Below, in pieces: positions 1 to 12,832 of a DNA stretch of 64,000 nucleotides. Within the stretch, counting starts at the first letter, position 1, and each line of letters opens with the position of its first letter. The position numbers were made by a program, and so were the translations under genes. The stretch is from Zootoca vivipara. Taxonomy: Eukaryota. The notes beneath the pieces are model-generated. The model made no database searches. It saw nothing but the letters and a program-made list of their open reading frames with translations, and was not told where the DNA came from. The stretch spans positions 41,726,001 through 41,790,000 of the forward strand of contig NC_083288.1 of assembly GCF_963506605.1 (NCBI RefSeq), read 5' to 3'.

Positions 1-1005
1 ACAATTGTGGTTTTGGCTAATACACAGGAAACTGCCACTGAGAAGATTGCACCAAAAGTAGTTTGTCGTAGGAGACATGTCAGTGAATCTGGTTTGCCAA
101 TGAATAGCAAAGCACAAAGAAAGGAGAGGAGGAGAGAGGAGAGGAGAACATAGGTGAGGTTTCGATTATTGGCTTTGACTATGGGAGTGTCCTGGTGCTT
201 GAGGAATATTCCAAGAACCAAAGTTGTGATTAAAGAAAGTAAAACTGCAAATGTGGTCAAGATGATCCCCAGAGGATCATTGTAAGTCAGGAAGCTTATG
301 TATTTTGGGAGGCATCCATCTTGGCCAATGTTTGGATAATGATCTTCTGAACATTGAAAACAATCATCCATGTCTGAAATCAAATATGAAAAATAGACAT
401 AATGTGATATTTAAGTATGGCATTCTGTTTCTGTATGAGGGTAGTGAACTTGAAATATCAAATGTTAATTTTGTAGTACAGTGGTACCTCTGGTTACGAA
501 CGCCTCAAGTTACGTTTTTTCAGGTTATGAACGTTTTTAACCGGGAGGTTTTCCAAGCTGTCAGAGGCCTCACCGCTGCCCGGAGTCAAGCCCGGACATC
601 CGCTGGGCCTGCAGAGGCTCTGCGACTGGGCTCCAGCAGTGGGCGCTCTCGGAGGCCTCCATGAATGCCTGGAGCTAAGCCTCAACATGTGTGGGGCCTG
701 CGGAGGCTCTGTGACTGGGCTCCAGCCATGGGAACTCTCGGAGGACTCCACAACTGCCCGGAGCCAGGCCTTGACATCCGAGGGGCCTACAGAGGCTCTG
801 CGATCAGCCTTCAGCTGCAGGAGCTCTCCAAGGCCCCCACAAATGCCCAGAGCCAGGCCCCGACATCTGCAGGATGCCCAGCAGGTCACATCCCAGCCCC
901 AAAGTTAGGTACTTATCAAACCTTTATTAGGCATTTTGCAAATAAAACCATAAAAGAGAAAATAACATATAAAAGCCTTGAAATATATATAAAAAGGCAG
1001 CAGTT

Positions 1006-1070
<65 letters not shown>

Positions 1071-4000
1071 CAATCTGTGGTTTTCCTTGTTAACCTGCTC
1101 CTTGGAGGACTGCTACCAAAAACTCGGCTACCCCCCCCCCCCCGTTACCCTTTGGTCAACATCAGATAGGCAGAATCCCACACTTTCACCTTGCTGGGAT
1201 TCCAGACCACCCAAAAGAGGGGACAGCACGCGTTGACGGAGCGTACTGTACAATGGGCAATGAGCTCTACAGTGTCTGGGACATTCATAGAGCATCTGCA
1301 GAATCTCTTGTTTCTAGGAATGTTTTGATATCTTCCCCTGACAAATGCCGAGGGAAAAACATTCAAACGGGCCAGCATAAAAGCCCTACGTTGGGCTGGG
1401 ATTATTAATTTAGTGACGTAATTGGATCTGCTATCTAAGATATTTAAATCATAGAATATAGGGGAGCAAATTTTGTTTACAGCTGCCATAATATTTTGTC
1501 TCTCGGCATCCTTTAGTCTAGTTAGGATATTATGGAAAATGTATTGCTCGTTAGGTTAACGAAGACCAAGAGCAGTGAAGCTGTTAAGAAAACAAAGATG
1601 AGCCTGGGCTGAAAAGCCCTTTACCAACCCTTCCCCCCCCCCAGCTGTAGCAAGATGGGTGGCACCTAGCCAGGTAAGCCCACTTACCCTGTGGGAGGGG
1701 AGGGGAAAATTTTGGGATTCTGCAAGAGATTTTGGAATTTGTTTATGTGAGTCTGCCCTGTGCTTTTGTCTCTGCTTTGTGCCTTCGTTTGGGGGACTTC
1801 TGGGGGACTCTGCCTACTGCTATTGTTTTGGGGATCGTGTGGATGACTATCATCAGTGCATGAAAGGGAAAAAAATGTTATTTTTTTCATCTACAATATT
1901 GTCTTATTTATTTTATAGTACAGTACATTGATTATTGCCTTCATTTTATGGATCAATGGTCTCGTTAGACAGTTAAATTTGTGTTAAATTGCTGTTCTAG
2001 GGGGTGTTTATCATCGTCTGGAACAGATCAATCCACTTTTCCATTACTTTCAATGGGAACATGCGCTTCAGGTTAAGAACGGACTTCTGGAACCAATTAA
2101 GTGCTTAACCTGAGGTGCCAGTGTAATTATAATATGAAATTCTGTTGTTGTTTAGTCGTTTAGTCGTGTCCGACTCTTCGTGACCCTATGGACCAGAGCA
2201 CGCCAGGCACTCCTGTCTTCCACTGCCTCTCGCAGTTTTGACAAACTCATGTTGGTAGCTTTGAGAACACTGTCCAACCATCTTGTCCTCTGTCATCTCC
2301 TTCTCCTTGTGCAACATCAGGGTCTTTTCCAGGGAGTCTTCTCTTCTCATGAGGTGGCCAAAGTATTGGAGCCTCAGCTTCACGATCTGTCCTTCCAGTG
2401 AGCACTCAGGGCTGATTTCCTTCAGAATGGAGAGGTTTGATCTTCTTGCAGTCGATGAGACTCCCAAGAGTCTCCTCCAGCACCATTCTACTTCCTGCAT
2501 AATCTGAGTTTGATGGCATCAAGGGCCTGCTTTCTCATGGGTTCCAAGCAAATCCAGAAATATAAACAAATCTCAGCCATCCTGCTAGCGCCTGAAGGTG
2601 TCAGGGGCCTCTGTGTCTTTTGATTTGTGTGTTTGGGGCTGGGGCTTGCACAGTCTTTTTGTTTCAACTGATCCAACCCACTAATATTCTTATCCTGGAT
2701 GAATTTGTCTGATATTTTCTTCGGCCACCCAAGTTACCTCATGTGAAGTATGTGGAAGACAGCCCTGGGTCGTTTGACCCTTTTCTTATTTCTACTTTCC
2801 CTCCTATAAAAACTACACAAGAAACTCTCTGTTTAAAGTTGAAAGAACAAATAACTTTGTCTTAGTATTCTTGCAGTTGCAGATTATTATGTTCAATTCA
2901 GGTAAGTGATACTGCAATTGCTAATAGCTTTTTACATAGATTAAACTGTTACAGACTGTAACAGTTTAATCTATGGAAATTTTTTAAAAAATAAGAAAAT
3001 TGTCCAATAGCACCTTAGAAACTAACTAAGTTTGTTCTGGGTATAAGCTTCTTCAGATAACCCTTAAGGTAAGGTTACCAGATTTTTTTCAATGAATCCG
3101 GGGGCACTTTTCAACTTCAATGGATTTTGTATGAGGACTGATTTGTAAATCCGGGGACTGTCCCCAGGAAAAGGGGACGTTTGGTAACCTTATCTTAGGC
3201 AGACAACAGCAGCACACAACAAACCTCCTGTTCTAACTGTTAGACCCTTCAAATAAATGCCACCACTGCCACAGAGTGTGTGACATCACAGAGTTCTATA
3301 GTTCTTGCAATTAACCCTTTACATATGCTTTGTGGATACTAATACAGTGGTACCTCGCTAGACGAATGCCCTGCTAGATGAATTTTTCGCTAGACGAATG
3401 GGTTTTACGATTGGAGGTTGCCTCGCAAGATGAATTTGTTTTGTGAAAAATTCGTCTAGCGAATCGCGGTTTCCCATAGGAATGCATTGAAATTCAATTA
3501 ATGCATTCCTATGGGCAAAAAATAATAATTTTTTCCCCAATGCATTTCTACGGGATTTGCAAGACGAAATTTTCGCAAAACGATTTGACTCACAGAACAA
3601 ATTAAATTAGTCTTGCGAGGCACCACTGTATTTCACAATTTTGAATGCTAGAGCAATTAGTTTAAGCATTTAAAACACTGATGGGAGCAAGCTGGATTGT
3701 AGTCAATCTATTTACAAAATAGAAGGCATCAATCTATTAAATAGGTGACAACTGTTAAAAAGAACACATCGACATATGACATTCCTTACCTTTCTTGTTT
3801 GAGATCTTCCCTTCTGGACATGGAAAGCAATCATAGCAGCAAAATGCCTTCCCTTCTTTTTTAGCTCTTCTATAACCTGAACTGCAGTGATCATTACATA
3901 TGGAAATGGGGGATATCTGTTAGTAAATGATAAAGTAGTTTTTTAAAAAATAATAATAATCCAAAAATAGGTTGTCGAGCTTTTAGTTCATTATTATTCC

Positions 4001-7000
4001 TCTGCAGTGAAGGAATGGGTCAAGGAAGTGAAGGAAATATAATGAATTATTGAGTGCACATCATATTTATGTGTTGAACTTACTTTCCTATAACTGGAGT
4101 CCTTTGTCCACATTCAGAAAACATGAGACAAAATACGCATTATGACAGTGTTGCTTGAATTCTGTACATTTTTCTTCAGCAGTCTAACAACCACTTCAAA
4201 ATCTGGAGACAATGTGACTTTTTGAACATTGAAGAACTTATTCAATAGCTCCCAAAATGTGCACAGTCACTACCTGTTTAAACTGGTTGGGCCATACGAT
4301 GGCATCCTCATTAATGATGAAGACATTGTCCTGGTGAACCATTGGCTCAATCTTTCCAACTTTGACCTTGAGGAAGGATTTGTTTGGAAATGTGACCCAG
4401 TTTATAATGTCAAATCCAGCAACTAATTCCCTGTTTTGATCAAAGGACACTGTTTCCTCCACACTGTTGTTAAAGGAAATACTTCCGAGAACATGATGGA
4501 GCTAATTTATGAGGGTGAAAAAATAGGAGGCTGTACTTTAAAGGTGCAAAGGATGCAAATACACATCAAGGTTATAATCTATCAGACATGGAGATTTGGA
4601 TTATGTTTCTTTGAAAGGATGTATGTATGTAGGCTAATCCTGGTTGAACTTTATTGTAGGAGGTGGCAAAATGTCCGGGGTTGCTGCCCATAAGAAGCAG
4701 GAATGGAATTGAGACAGTGCCATGGAGCAGCTGCCCATATAACACCCCCCCCAAAAGGTGGGCATGTAGGACCCACAAAAAAGGAAATGCCTTGGAATTC
4801 CCAGACGTGGTACAGAAATGAAATGAATCATCATCATCACCATAATTATGATGGGCCATTGCCTGATCCAACAGGCTCTTCTAACATTCTATGAGTAAAG
4901 ATTTTTTTTGAAGTGAAAATTATCAAAGGAGGGGCGAGAAGCTGGTTCTTCATAGGATGTGGCATTCTTGTTCAACCTTCTGTGTTTGCCCCTCAGTGTA
5001 TTCACTCAACTCCAAGGGATATACTGGCAGGAATTGGAGAAAGGAAATGATACTTTCCCCTAGCTCTCACATCAGGTCTTTCCTCCCTTGTTCTACCATA
5101 CAGAAATTTTGAGTTAAACTGAAAAGAGCTTTCTAAGTCTCACCTATCTCTGCTTGCCATAAAATCAGCGAATAGTTGCTAAATGTCTTGGGTGGAGATG
5201 CATGCAATGGGAAGTTGTTGCACCTACAAATATGGGAGTACACCCCAATCTTTAAAATCATGAGCAGGACATTACCTGCCATGGTTGTTGGTCCAATCTT
5301 ACTCCATCTGCCATTGCTCTGTGTTTGACTTGGGATAAATGCCTTGTAGTGAATGCATGTGCCACTGCATAGACCGCATTGTAGATGCTGTAGCTATTTC
5401 CTGTCATAGACATTTCAAAAACAGACATGGGAAGGGTCTCTAGCTTCTCCTCTCCAGTGCAGACTTTCTTGTTCATCTTGTCTAGAAAAGAATCTGGGTA
5501 TGTACAGCTGAATGATTCTTCCCAGAAGTTCCTTATAAAACCATCATTGTTTTCTGAGTAAGGGTTCCTATGCTGAATAAATTTATGGAATCCTGACACC
5601 TCCTTTGAGTGAATTGCTAGAGATATAGCACCATGGAGGAAATTTATGTCTGAACTTCTTTGGAACGAAAATGATGTGAAATCCATCTGAGCTGTCATAA
5701 TCCAGACTTTTGCCTGGAACTTCATTGATATATTTGCAAATTGTAAAAGCTGGTGCATTGTTCTCATTGCCATTATACTCTGAATTTCTCCATATACAAC
5801 CACAACTTTGGCAGTGCTTTCCATAACAACTTTGATAGATTTAAAGCCCTCTTCTACCATGTCACCAAAATCACTGGAAGAAGTTTGTTTGGGGAATTTT
5901 TCTATGAAGTCAAAGCAGATTCCCCCTTTGGAAAACAATGGGAGCATCTCCTCTTTAAACTTCTCTATAGTATCATCATCCTGAGAAAGCATCCCAACCC
6001 ATGTCCATGCAAAATGCAACAGTAATTGGAGAATGCCTTCATATAGGTGGCTCACATTTGGGAACATTTGGTAGAAGAAAATCCCATCAGTTTTTTTATT
6101 CAGAACTGGAGCAGAGCCGTATATGAGCTAAATAATATTTCAAAAATGTTAAAGGAATATGAGAGAGAATGATTTGGGTTAGATTTGAAAAAAACTGTGA
6201 TTTACATTAGCTTATATCCACTCCTAACATGAATTTGCAAATGTGACACAGGCTTAGAAAATATGCCTTAGAAGCAGGAGGCAATACATTAAGATTACTC
6301 AACGTTGTGGATCATTTGTTGGAAATTTATGATAAAGCCAAACAGGCTGATAGGCATAGGGAGAAAATAGCTGAGTGCTTCTATTCTGGCTATCCTTTCT
6401 ACAGTGGTACCTCGGGTTGAGTACACAATTTGTTCTGGGGTGCTGTTTGCAACCCGAAAAGTATTCAACCCGAGCAGTGCTTTAGCGCATGTGCAAAGCG
6501 CTGATAGAGCGCTTATGTGTGCACGCACAGCACACAGAACACTTCTGTGCATGCACACGCAGCGAAACCTGGAAGTAAACACTTCCCGGTCTGCCGAGTA
6601 CTTAACTCGAAAGTACATGACCCGCAGCGAACGCAACCCGAGGTATGACTGTACTGATGTTCTGGTGCCTATTCATTGTGACAAAACCAAGAACCGTATG
6701 GAATTCTGCATATGTGCCTTGTGCCATCCTCTCATCATCAGGAATCTGGCCTATGACATACTTGCCTCAAAGTTTGCCCAGTGGCTTAGGCAGCTGTGTA
6801 TGTTTAGCCTGGAGAAGAGAAGGTTAAGGGGTGATATGATAGCCATATTCAAATATATAAAAGGATGCCATATAGAGGAGGGAGAAAGGTTGTTTTCTGC
6901 TGCTCCAGAGAAGCGGACACGGAGCAATAGATTCAAGCTACAAGAAAGAAGATTCCACCTAAACATTAGGAAGAACTTCCTGACAGTAAGAGCTGTTCGG

Positions 7001-8591
7001 CAGTGGAATTTGCTACCAAGGAGTGTGGTGGAGTCTCCTTCTTTGGAGGTCTTTAAGCAGAGGCTTGACATATCTCAAGAATGCTTTGATGGTGTTTCCT
7101 GCTTGGCAGGGGGTTGAACTGGATGACCCTTGTTGTCTCTTCCAACTCTGTGAATCTATGATTCTAAGATCATATCACTTTAGAAATAACTCTAGAATCA
7201 GATATGGAAGACAATCTGCAACCTTTCCTTGAAATAATAGTATTTAAAAAATGCAACAGTATTTCTATAAGTGATGTTATGGGTTTTTTTGTTTTTTTTT
7301 GTATTCCATCCAGGATACATGAATGCTGCTTTACATTAGATGAAGAGCTTGTGCAGAATACATTGAATGCACATCTATTTATTCCTACTGCACCAGACGT
7401 AAAGTACACACATTTGATATGACGAATGTGCTGGGAATTTTCTTTAGATTCAAATGAACTTTGTACATATATTGGAATGGAGTATAGTTATGGGTTTTAA
7501 TACATTAAATTGTGTTAAATTCTCACTTTGCACACTACAGATCTGGAGTGGGAAACCTCTGTTCTGCCAGGCCTTGGAGATTGGCCCAACATGCCATCTT
7601 GGACAAACCATAAGCACATTTCCAAGGTTTCACATTATATACTATATTAGGGATGGGAAAGTTCAAGAAACTGCTTGAAACCACAAGGTAAATATCAGAT
7701 GACCGACAGATGGGCACCTCTGTCCCTATGAAGGTGGTCTATGGAATGGGAAACTCAAGGTGCGACCCACTAGCTAAATCCTCTTCTCCATCCCTACTAT
7801 GGATTTGTGACGTCTACAGAAAATAGAAATTAGAATTATTAGCATACCAGCATACCCGTGAACCTATTGAAGTTACTGTAGATTGCATGAACAATCAATT
7901 AGTTTGTCAGACAGAATAGTAGAGTGAGTGTACCAAAAGCACTTTACTATGTTCAAAATGTTGGGAAAGAGACACATTCAAACACCTTCTTGTAAAACCG
8001 ATATTGACTAGGAGAAGCATGAATCTGTAAAACTGTCCATGGTTATTGAAAGCACTTTTTGGGTGTCCTGATATACATAGATCCGCTCTACAATCTTGTA
8101 TCTTCAGCTTTACGTATTAAACAGGAATATGAGAAGACAAAATGTAGAACAATAGCATAATTTCTGAAATGCAAGAGAAGTTCGAATGGCTTCTTAAACA
8201 TGCGTATTTATGTTCCATATTTAAATCTTACTTGTGGTATCTTGTAGGTACACAGGATGGGTGCCATGTTAGGTGCAATATAAGAGTTTGGTCCTCCAAT
8301 GACTGCAACTGGAGTATTTTCAGCATCACACTTGTAGTTAGGGATGAATTTGGCCCTTCTTGAGAGAAGCTCTATTGAAGCTTGAAAGGTCCACTTTTCA
8401 CTAAAATGGCTGTTATACATGTGGAATCCGAGAGTAGCATTGGGCAAGACACAGGGATTTCCATTGATCTCCTTTACAGCAAATGCCAAGGCCAGGATGT
8501 GTTGATAGAGCTGAGTCATCATCCTGTATTGAGAGTTGAAGGGTGCATCACAATACAGTATATTGTCATAAGATTAGAACTGGGGTGCATG

Positions 8592-8635
<44 letters not shown>

Positions 8636-10185
8636 TTTATTTATACTCTGCACATCTGGCTAGGTTGCCACAGCCACTCTGCGCGGCTTCCAACGCATGA
8701 AAACATAATAAAACATCAAGCATTGATAGTAACAATCTAATCCAATATAAAAGTCACAATAACTTTAAAATAGTTTATATCAAACAAAGCAGCAATCCGT
8801 CAGAATCCAATAGTAAACAGTAAAATTAAACATGGAGGTGGAGACACTCCTTCAGGTATACAGGACCGAGGCCGTTTAGGGCTTTAAAGGTCAGCACCAA
8901 CACTTTGAATTGTGCTCGGAAACGTACTGGGAGCTCCTCTCTTCCCAGATGCTGCTGCTGTTCTCAAAATCATAGTCTGGGAAAGGCTGGGTTGGGTAGG
9001 GCACCTGACACCCTGACCCTGACTGTCCCAAAGGCTTCTGAGAGGCCAGACCCAATCTGGGGCAATCTGGGGCTGCTTCCACCTAACTCAGTCAAAGTCC
9101 AGATCCACCCAAAATTGCCTGATTCATTTCAAGATTCAAGCATTGGCTGAATCTGCTGCACAGCCCTAGCAACCCCTTCAGGGTTGCTCTTTGTGTGTTA
9201 GAGCTGAAGGAATGTTTCATTTCTTTTTTCCTAATTTAATTTTCTGCATGATCACATCATGTTGCATTTATCTTTAAAAAATCATCATAAAAATTCAGCA
9301 GTGAAATACATATCTTTAGAAATGCTACCTTGTCAGGCAGAATACTAGGGTAAAGATGCCAGGCACTGCACAACATTCAAAGAAGCATTCCTTTGCTGAT
9401 ACAAACTTCTGAATCTTCAAGGTAAACCCTGCAGACTAGAGGGGGGATGAACAAGGAACATCCTTATGGCTTCATGTACTGGATGTATGCAGTGCCCTTA
9501 GAAGTGAAATTGCACTTTATGTTAAGGTGTCTTGGGGGGGGGGGCATTTTTTGGTCTGAATTCTTATGCCTATGTTTAGATGCTTAATCAATATAGGAAG
9601 ATCTTTTATTTATTTATTTTAAAAACCCCAAGTGAATCATAAGATTTCTTTTTTTAAGATGCCAATCAAAATGTGACTCTATATTGCAGTCAAAATACTT
9701 TAAATCTGCCAGCCACATGAAAAATTGTAGGTTTGTTAAACTTCCATGCTGCATTTACTCATGGTATCCCACAGGGACACAAGATGACCACGTAAAGACA
9801 AACAACATGTGTAAACACAAGATCAAATGGAGGTAGACTTAAATGAATTAATAGAACAACTGAAGCTCCAATAATTTGCCAGCCCACTGGCTATATCCAG
9901 TGGAAGTCCAACCCCGAGGAATAGGTCATTTTAGAATATGGCTTTGAAAAACTCAACTACTTACATAGGGTCATCTGAAAGCTCCTGAGATGGGTGTTTT
10001 TCAAAGGTCACGGTGTCTGAAAATATATAGATCTGAGAAATAATACCAGCAATGATGAGGTCACCTGCCTGATAATATTTGTGAAGAATATGGACAGGCT
10101 CTCTGACAGAACACAGAGGAAGAGGAAGAAACTTGCACAAACCCTGTAGTGGAAGTAATACCACCTGCAATAAAAATACTACCAT
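1..10185 (-). CDS. Vmn2r: V2R gene A (vomeronasal type-2 receptor), 6 exons, 3' end runs off the window
   Basis: Exons with GT-AG ends: e1 9965-10185 (signal peptide MVVFLLQ.., GDLIIAGI), e2 8232-8523 (292 bp; [22 protein letters not shown]), e3 5276-6127 ([22 protein letters not shown]), e4 4274-4501 (228 bp), e5 3790-3916 ([15 protein letters not shown]), e6 <1-373 ([13 protein letters not shown]). No stop seen. Symbol is family-level only. Confidence 0.93.
560..900. repeat. GC-rich ~89-bp tandem repeat (~3.5-4 diverged copies)
   Basis: TGCCYRGAG recurs at ~577, 666, 755 and 844. Confidence 0.8.
1008..1068. repeat. (TA)n microsatellite
   Basis: Direct reading. Confidence 0.98.
1069..1600 (-). 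mobile_element. 3' fragment of a non-LTR retrotransposon (RTE-X-like)
   Basis: ORF 1145-1489 [27 protein letters not shown] resembles the Cys-rich C-terminus of RTE-X-type ORFs; ends next to a (TA)n tract. Confidence 0.6.
2143..2486 (-). mobile_element. BovB (RTE) LINE, 5'-truncated
   Basis: [47 protein letters not shown]; (CAA)-type tail. Confidence 0.93.
3070..3192. mobile_element. hAT-like MITE
   Basis: Terminal inverted repeats TAAGGTTACCA / TGGTAACCTTA. Confidence 0.7.
3345..3628. mobile_element. Tc1/mariner MITE
   Basis: TA-CAGTGGTACCTCGC...GCGAGGCACCACTG-TA. Confidence 0.88.
6402..6651. mobile_element. Tc1/mariner MITE
   Basis: TA-CAGTGGTACCTCGGGTTG...CAACCCGAGGTATGACTG-TA. Confidence 0.85.
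6783..7166 (+). mobile_element. CR1 LINE 3' end
   Basis: [35 protein letters not shown] and a TTCCAACTCT..ATTCTA-type tail. Confidence 0.93.
8592..8935 (-). mobile_element. L2 LINE 3' fragment with (TAA)n tail
   Basis: (TAA)n 8592-8634 followed by sequence homologous to the L2 copy at 48679-49528. Confidence 0.75.
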
Positions 10186-11467
10186 CTTGCAAGGGGTTCT
10201 TTGTTTCTGGCACAAATTTAACTATTCTGTCATTGCTATTCAAGTGATCCCGAGTACCAAAGCCTGACTTGAATGGTCACTTCCACAGATGATGCCAAAC
10301 CAGAATAGTACAATATATAAAAAAGGGTCACCACAATGATGAGTCTGTGTTTCTATATAACCAGCTCTGAATAGTTCATAGTTATTAATCAGACCTTACT
10401 TATTAATAGTTTTAGCATTTTGCATGTAGCCAAAATAAGTCCTAAGGGTGTGGGAAGGATGCTATTATGAATAATGGGATAATTACAGGTGAGGTAATCA
10501 CTTGATTGTAGATTCTTTGCAATATTACTAAAGAAAACATGTTTATCGCTTTTCAGCCAAAGTCTTCTCGGAGTCATCCTGAATGGGAGACCAAGAGAGT
10601 GAAGACTTCTGGGAGCAAAGATGGTTGACTAGTCATCTACTGCTGACACTCCATTGACAGAACTATGTGGTGGTTAATGACTGTGATAAATGATGACATG
10701 TGATCTGTCTGCTAATTGGAAATTTTGCTTGGTATGTGAGGTGACAGCTTGCATAAGAGGTCAGTTTTAACAGGCTGAAAACAAAACAAAAGCATTTTTT
10801 ATTATATTCAACTAAGAAAGATTAAATACTGGGAAGGGTGCATTGATCGTTAAGAATTTTATTTTATATTACTTTTAACTCTTCATCCCTTTTGTGAAAG
10901 TGCTGGCTTCAAAGTGAAACCGAAATCTGTGGGAAACTGTGGGAAATAATGTGCTCCTCTGATAAGGAGAGAGACACAAGTGTCCAAGGCAGAGACTGCT
11001 AGGGTGGCAAATATACTGTTGAACACCCCCATTGAGTGCACCATGCAGCAATTATTAGATGAGCAACTGAAGGAGCTCAGAGCTGAGATGCATAAAATGG
11101 TGAATAAAAATGCATTAAATTTCCCATCTCCAGCTTGAAATTTTCACAGAGTTAACTCTTACAAAATTAAACACATTTATTTCCCACAGTGGAAACATGA
11201 AGTGATAGTTACATTCAATTTCTTGACAATACTTTCACTGACAAAAAAATAAAAATAAAATATCTTAGTATACAGAACTCCTTTGTTTAAAACATTCCCT
11301 CTCCATTTTTGTAATAATTTTTATTAGTTTTCAGTTACAAAAATCCAATGTAAGCCTTATTATATCAATACCAAATTACAATACCAATCCAAATACCAAT
11401 CAAACAGATAGCCAGTCACACACTTTTGGTTGCCCCCCCCATTTACTAGATTTCAAGGTTTAATTGA

Positions 11468-11953
11468 TGTTGTTTAGTCATTTAGTTGTGTCCGACTCTT
11501 TGTGATCCCATGGACCAGAGCACGCCAGGCACTCCTGTCTTCCATTGCCTCCCACAGTTTTGTCAGACTCATGTTCGTAGCTTCAAGAACACTGTCCAAC
11601 CATCTCATCCTCTGTCGTCCCCTTCTCCTTGTGCCCTCCATGTTTCCCAACATCAGGGTCTTTTCCAGGGAGTCTTCTCTTCTCATGAGGTGGCCAAAGT
11701 ACTGGAGCCTCAGCTTCAGGATCTGTCCTTCCAGTGAGCACTCAGGTCTGATTTCCTTAAGAATGGATAGGTTTGATCTTCTTGCAGTCCTTGGGACTCT
11801 CAAGAGTCTCCTCCAGCACCATAATTCAAAAGCATCAATTCTTCGGTGATCAGCCTTCTTTATGGTCCAGCTCTCACTTCCATACATCACTACTGGGAAA
11901 ACCATAGCTTTAACAATACGGACCTTTGTCGGCAAGGTGATGTCTCTGCTTTT
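11468..11953 (-). mobile_element. BovB (RTE) LINE, 5'-truncated
   Basis: ORF 11474-11935 PTKVRIVKAMVFPVVMYGSESWT..ITKSRTQLND. Confidence 0.95.
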
Positions 11954-12832
11954 AATTCTGCCTCCAGACTGTTATTCAGTTCCAATCTTAATGATAATCC
12001 CTTATACAACAGTTACAATGTTTTAACCTCAGTGTTGACTCATTTAATAATTCATGAATCCGCAAATGAAGCTCTCCTTTATTCTTCCTGTGTGTGGTAT
12101 TTATTTTAACCAAATTATTACTTTTTGTCCTTGCCAAATATTATGTCTATCTTGGTTATTCCTGATCCCCATCGTGCCTTGTGGCATTGTTGTCTCAATG
12201 TTGTTCTAAAGCAATCTCTCTTCCTTTTTTTTCAACTCAGGAAGTAGTTGCAAAGCTCCATCACTGCTCTTTTTCAGCCTAGGGAAAGGAGTAGCCTTGC
12301 ACCCCGCCAAAGCCCTGGCACATCTCCAAGTTCTCCCTTCTCCGTCAAACTGAAAAGAAGCCTAGCTATTATTACTCACAAAAGAGTGACAAAGCCCTGG
12401 CAAGTCCCCAAGCTCCAATTTTTCTCCGCTCAGCCAGAGATAAAGTGAAAGTTAACTCCATCCAGTTGTTACGAATTCCAAGTCTTTTAAAAATTATCCC
12501 ATTTTATTTTATTTAGTTCTGTTTCACATTGTTATCTATATCTGTATTCTCATTTCCCCTCATCGTCACTTGCTATATAAAAAAACATTTTCACATTCTT
12601 GGGTGCTTTGCTGAGCAATTTATGAAGCAGCTTCTTCAGAGCATCAGAGGTTAATTCCCTGCTCACACTTTTCTCCAGCGTAAATTCAATAGTCTGTATT
12701 TATGACTGGCTATCATCAATCATCATATCTAGAAAAATCATATAAGGCAGCTGCTGAACACATGTTTGCAAATATTCTATTGTACACACAGAGAAAAGCA
12801 CAAAATGCAGAAAAGACAGGTTTCTTAATTCT

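Larger units (their letters stand above)
478..2125. mobile_element. Tc1/mariner-type non-autonomous DNA transposon with internal repeats and a nested LINE fragment
   Basis: TA-CAGTGGTACCTC at 477-490 and degenerate inverted end GAGGTGCCAGTG-TA at ~2112-2125. Confidence 0.7.

Noticed and set aside
560-900. Regularly spaced repeats as a possible CRISPR array or coding repeat
   Set aside because: Contiguous diverged 89-bp units with no unique spacers, inside a DNA transposon in a vertebrate intron; the ORFs here are GC-driven.
6404-7117. 237-aa + strand ORF
   Set aside because: Chance read-through joining a mariner MITE, intron sequence and a CR1 3' end.
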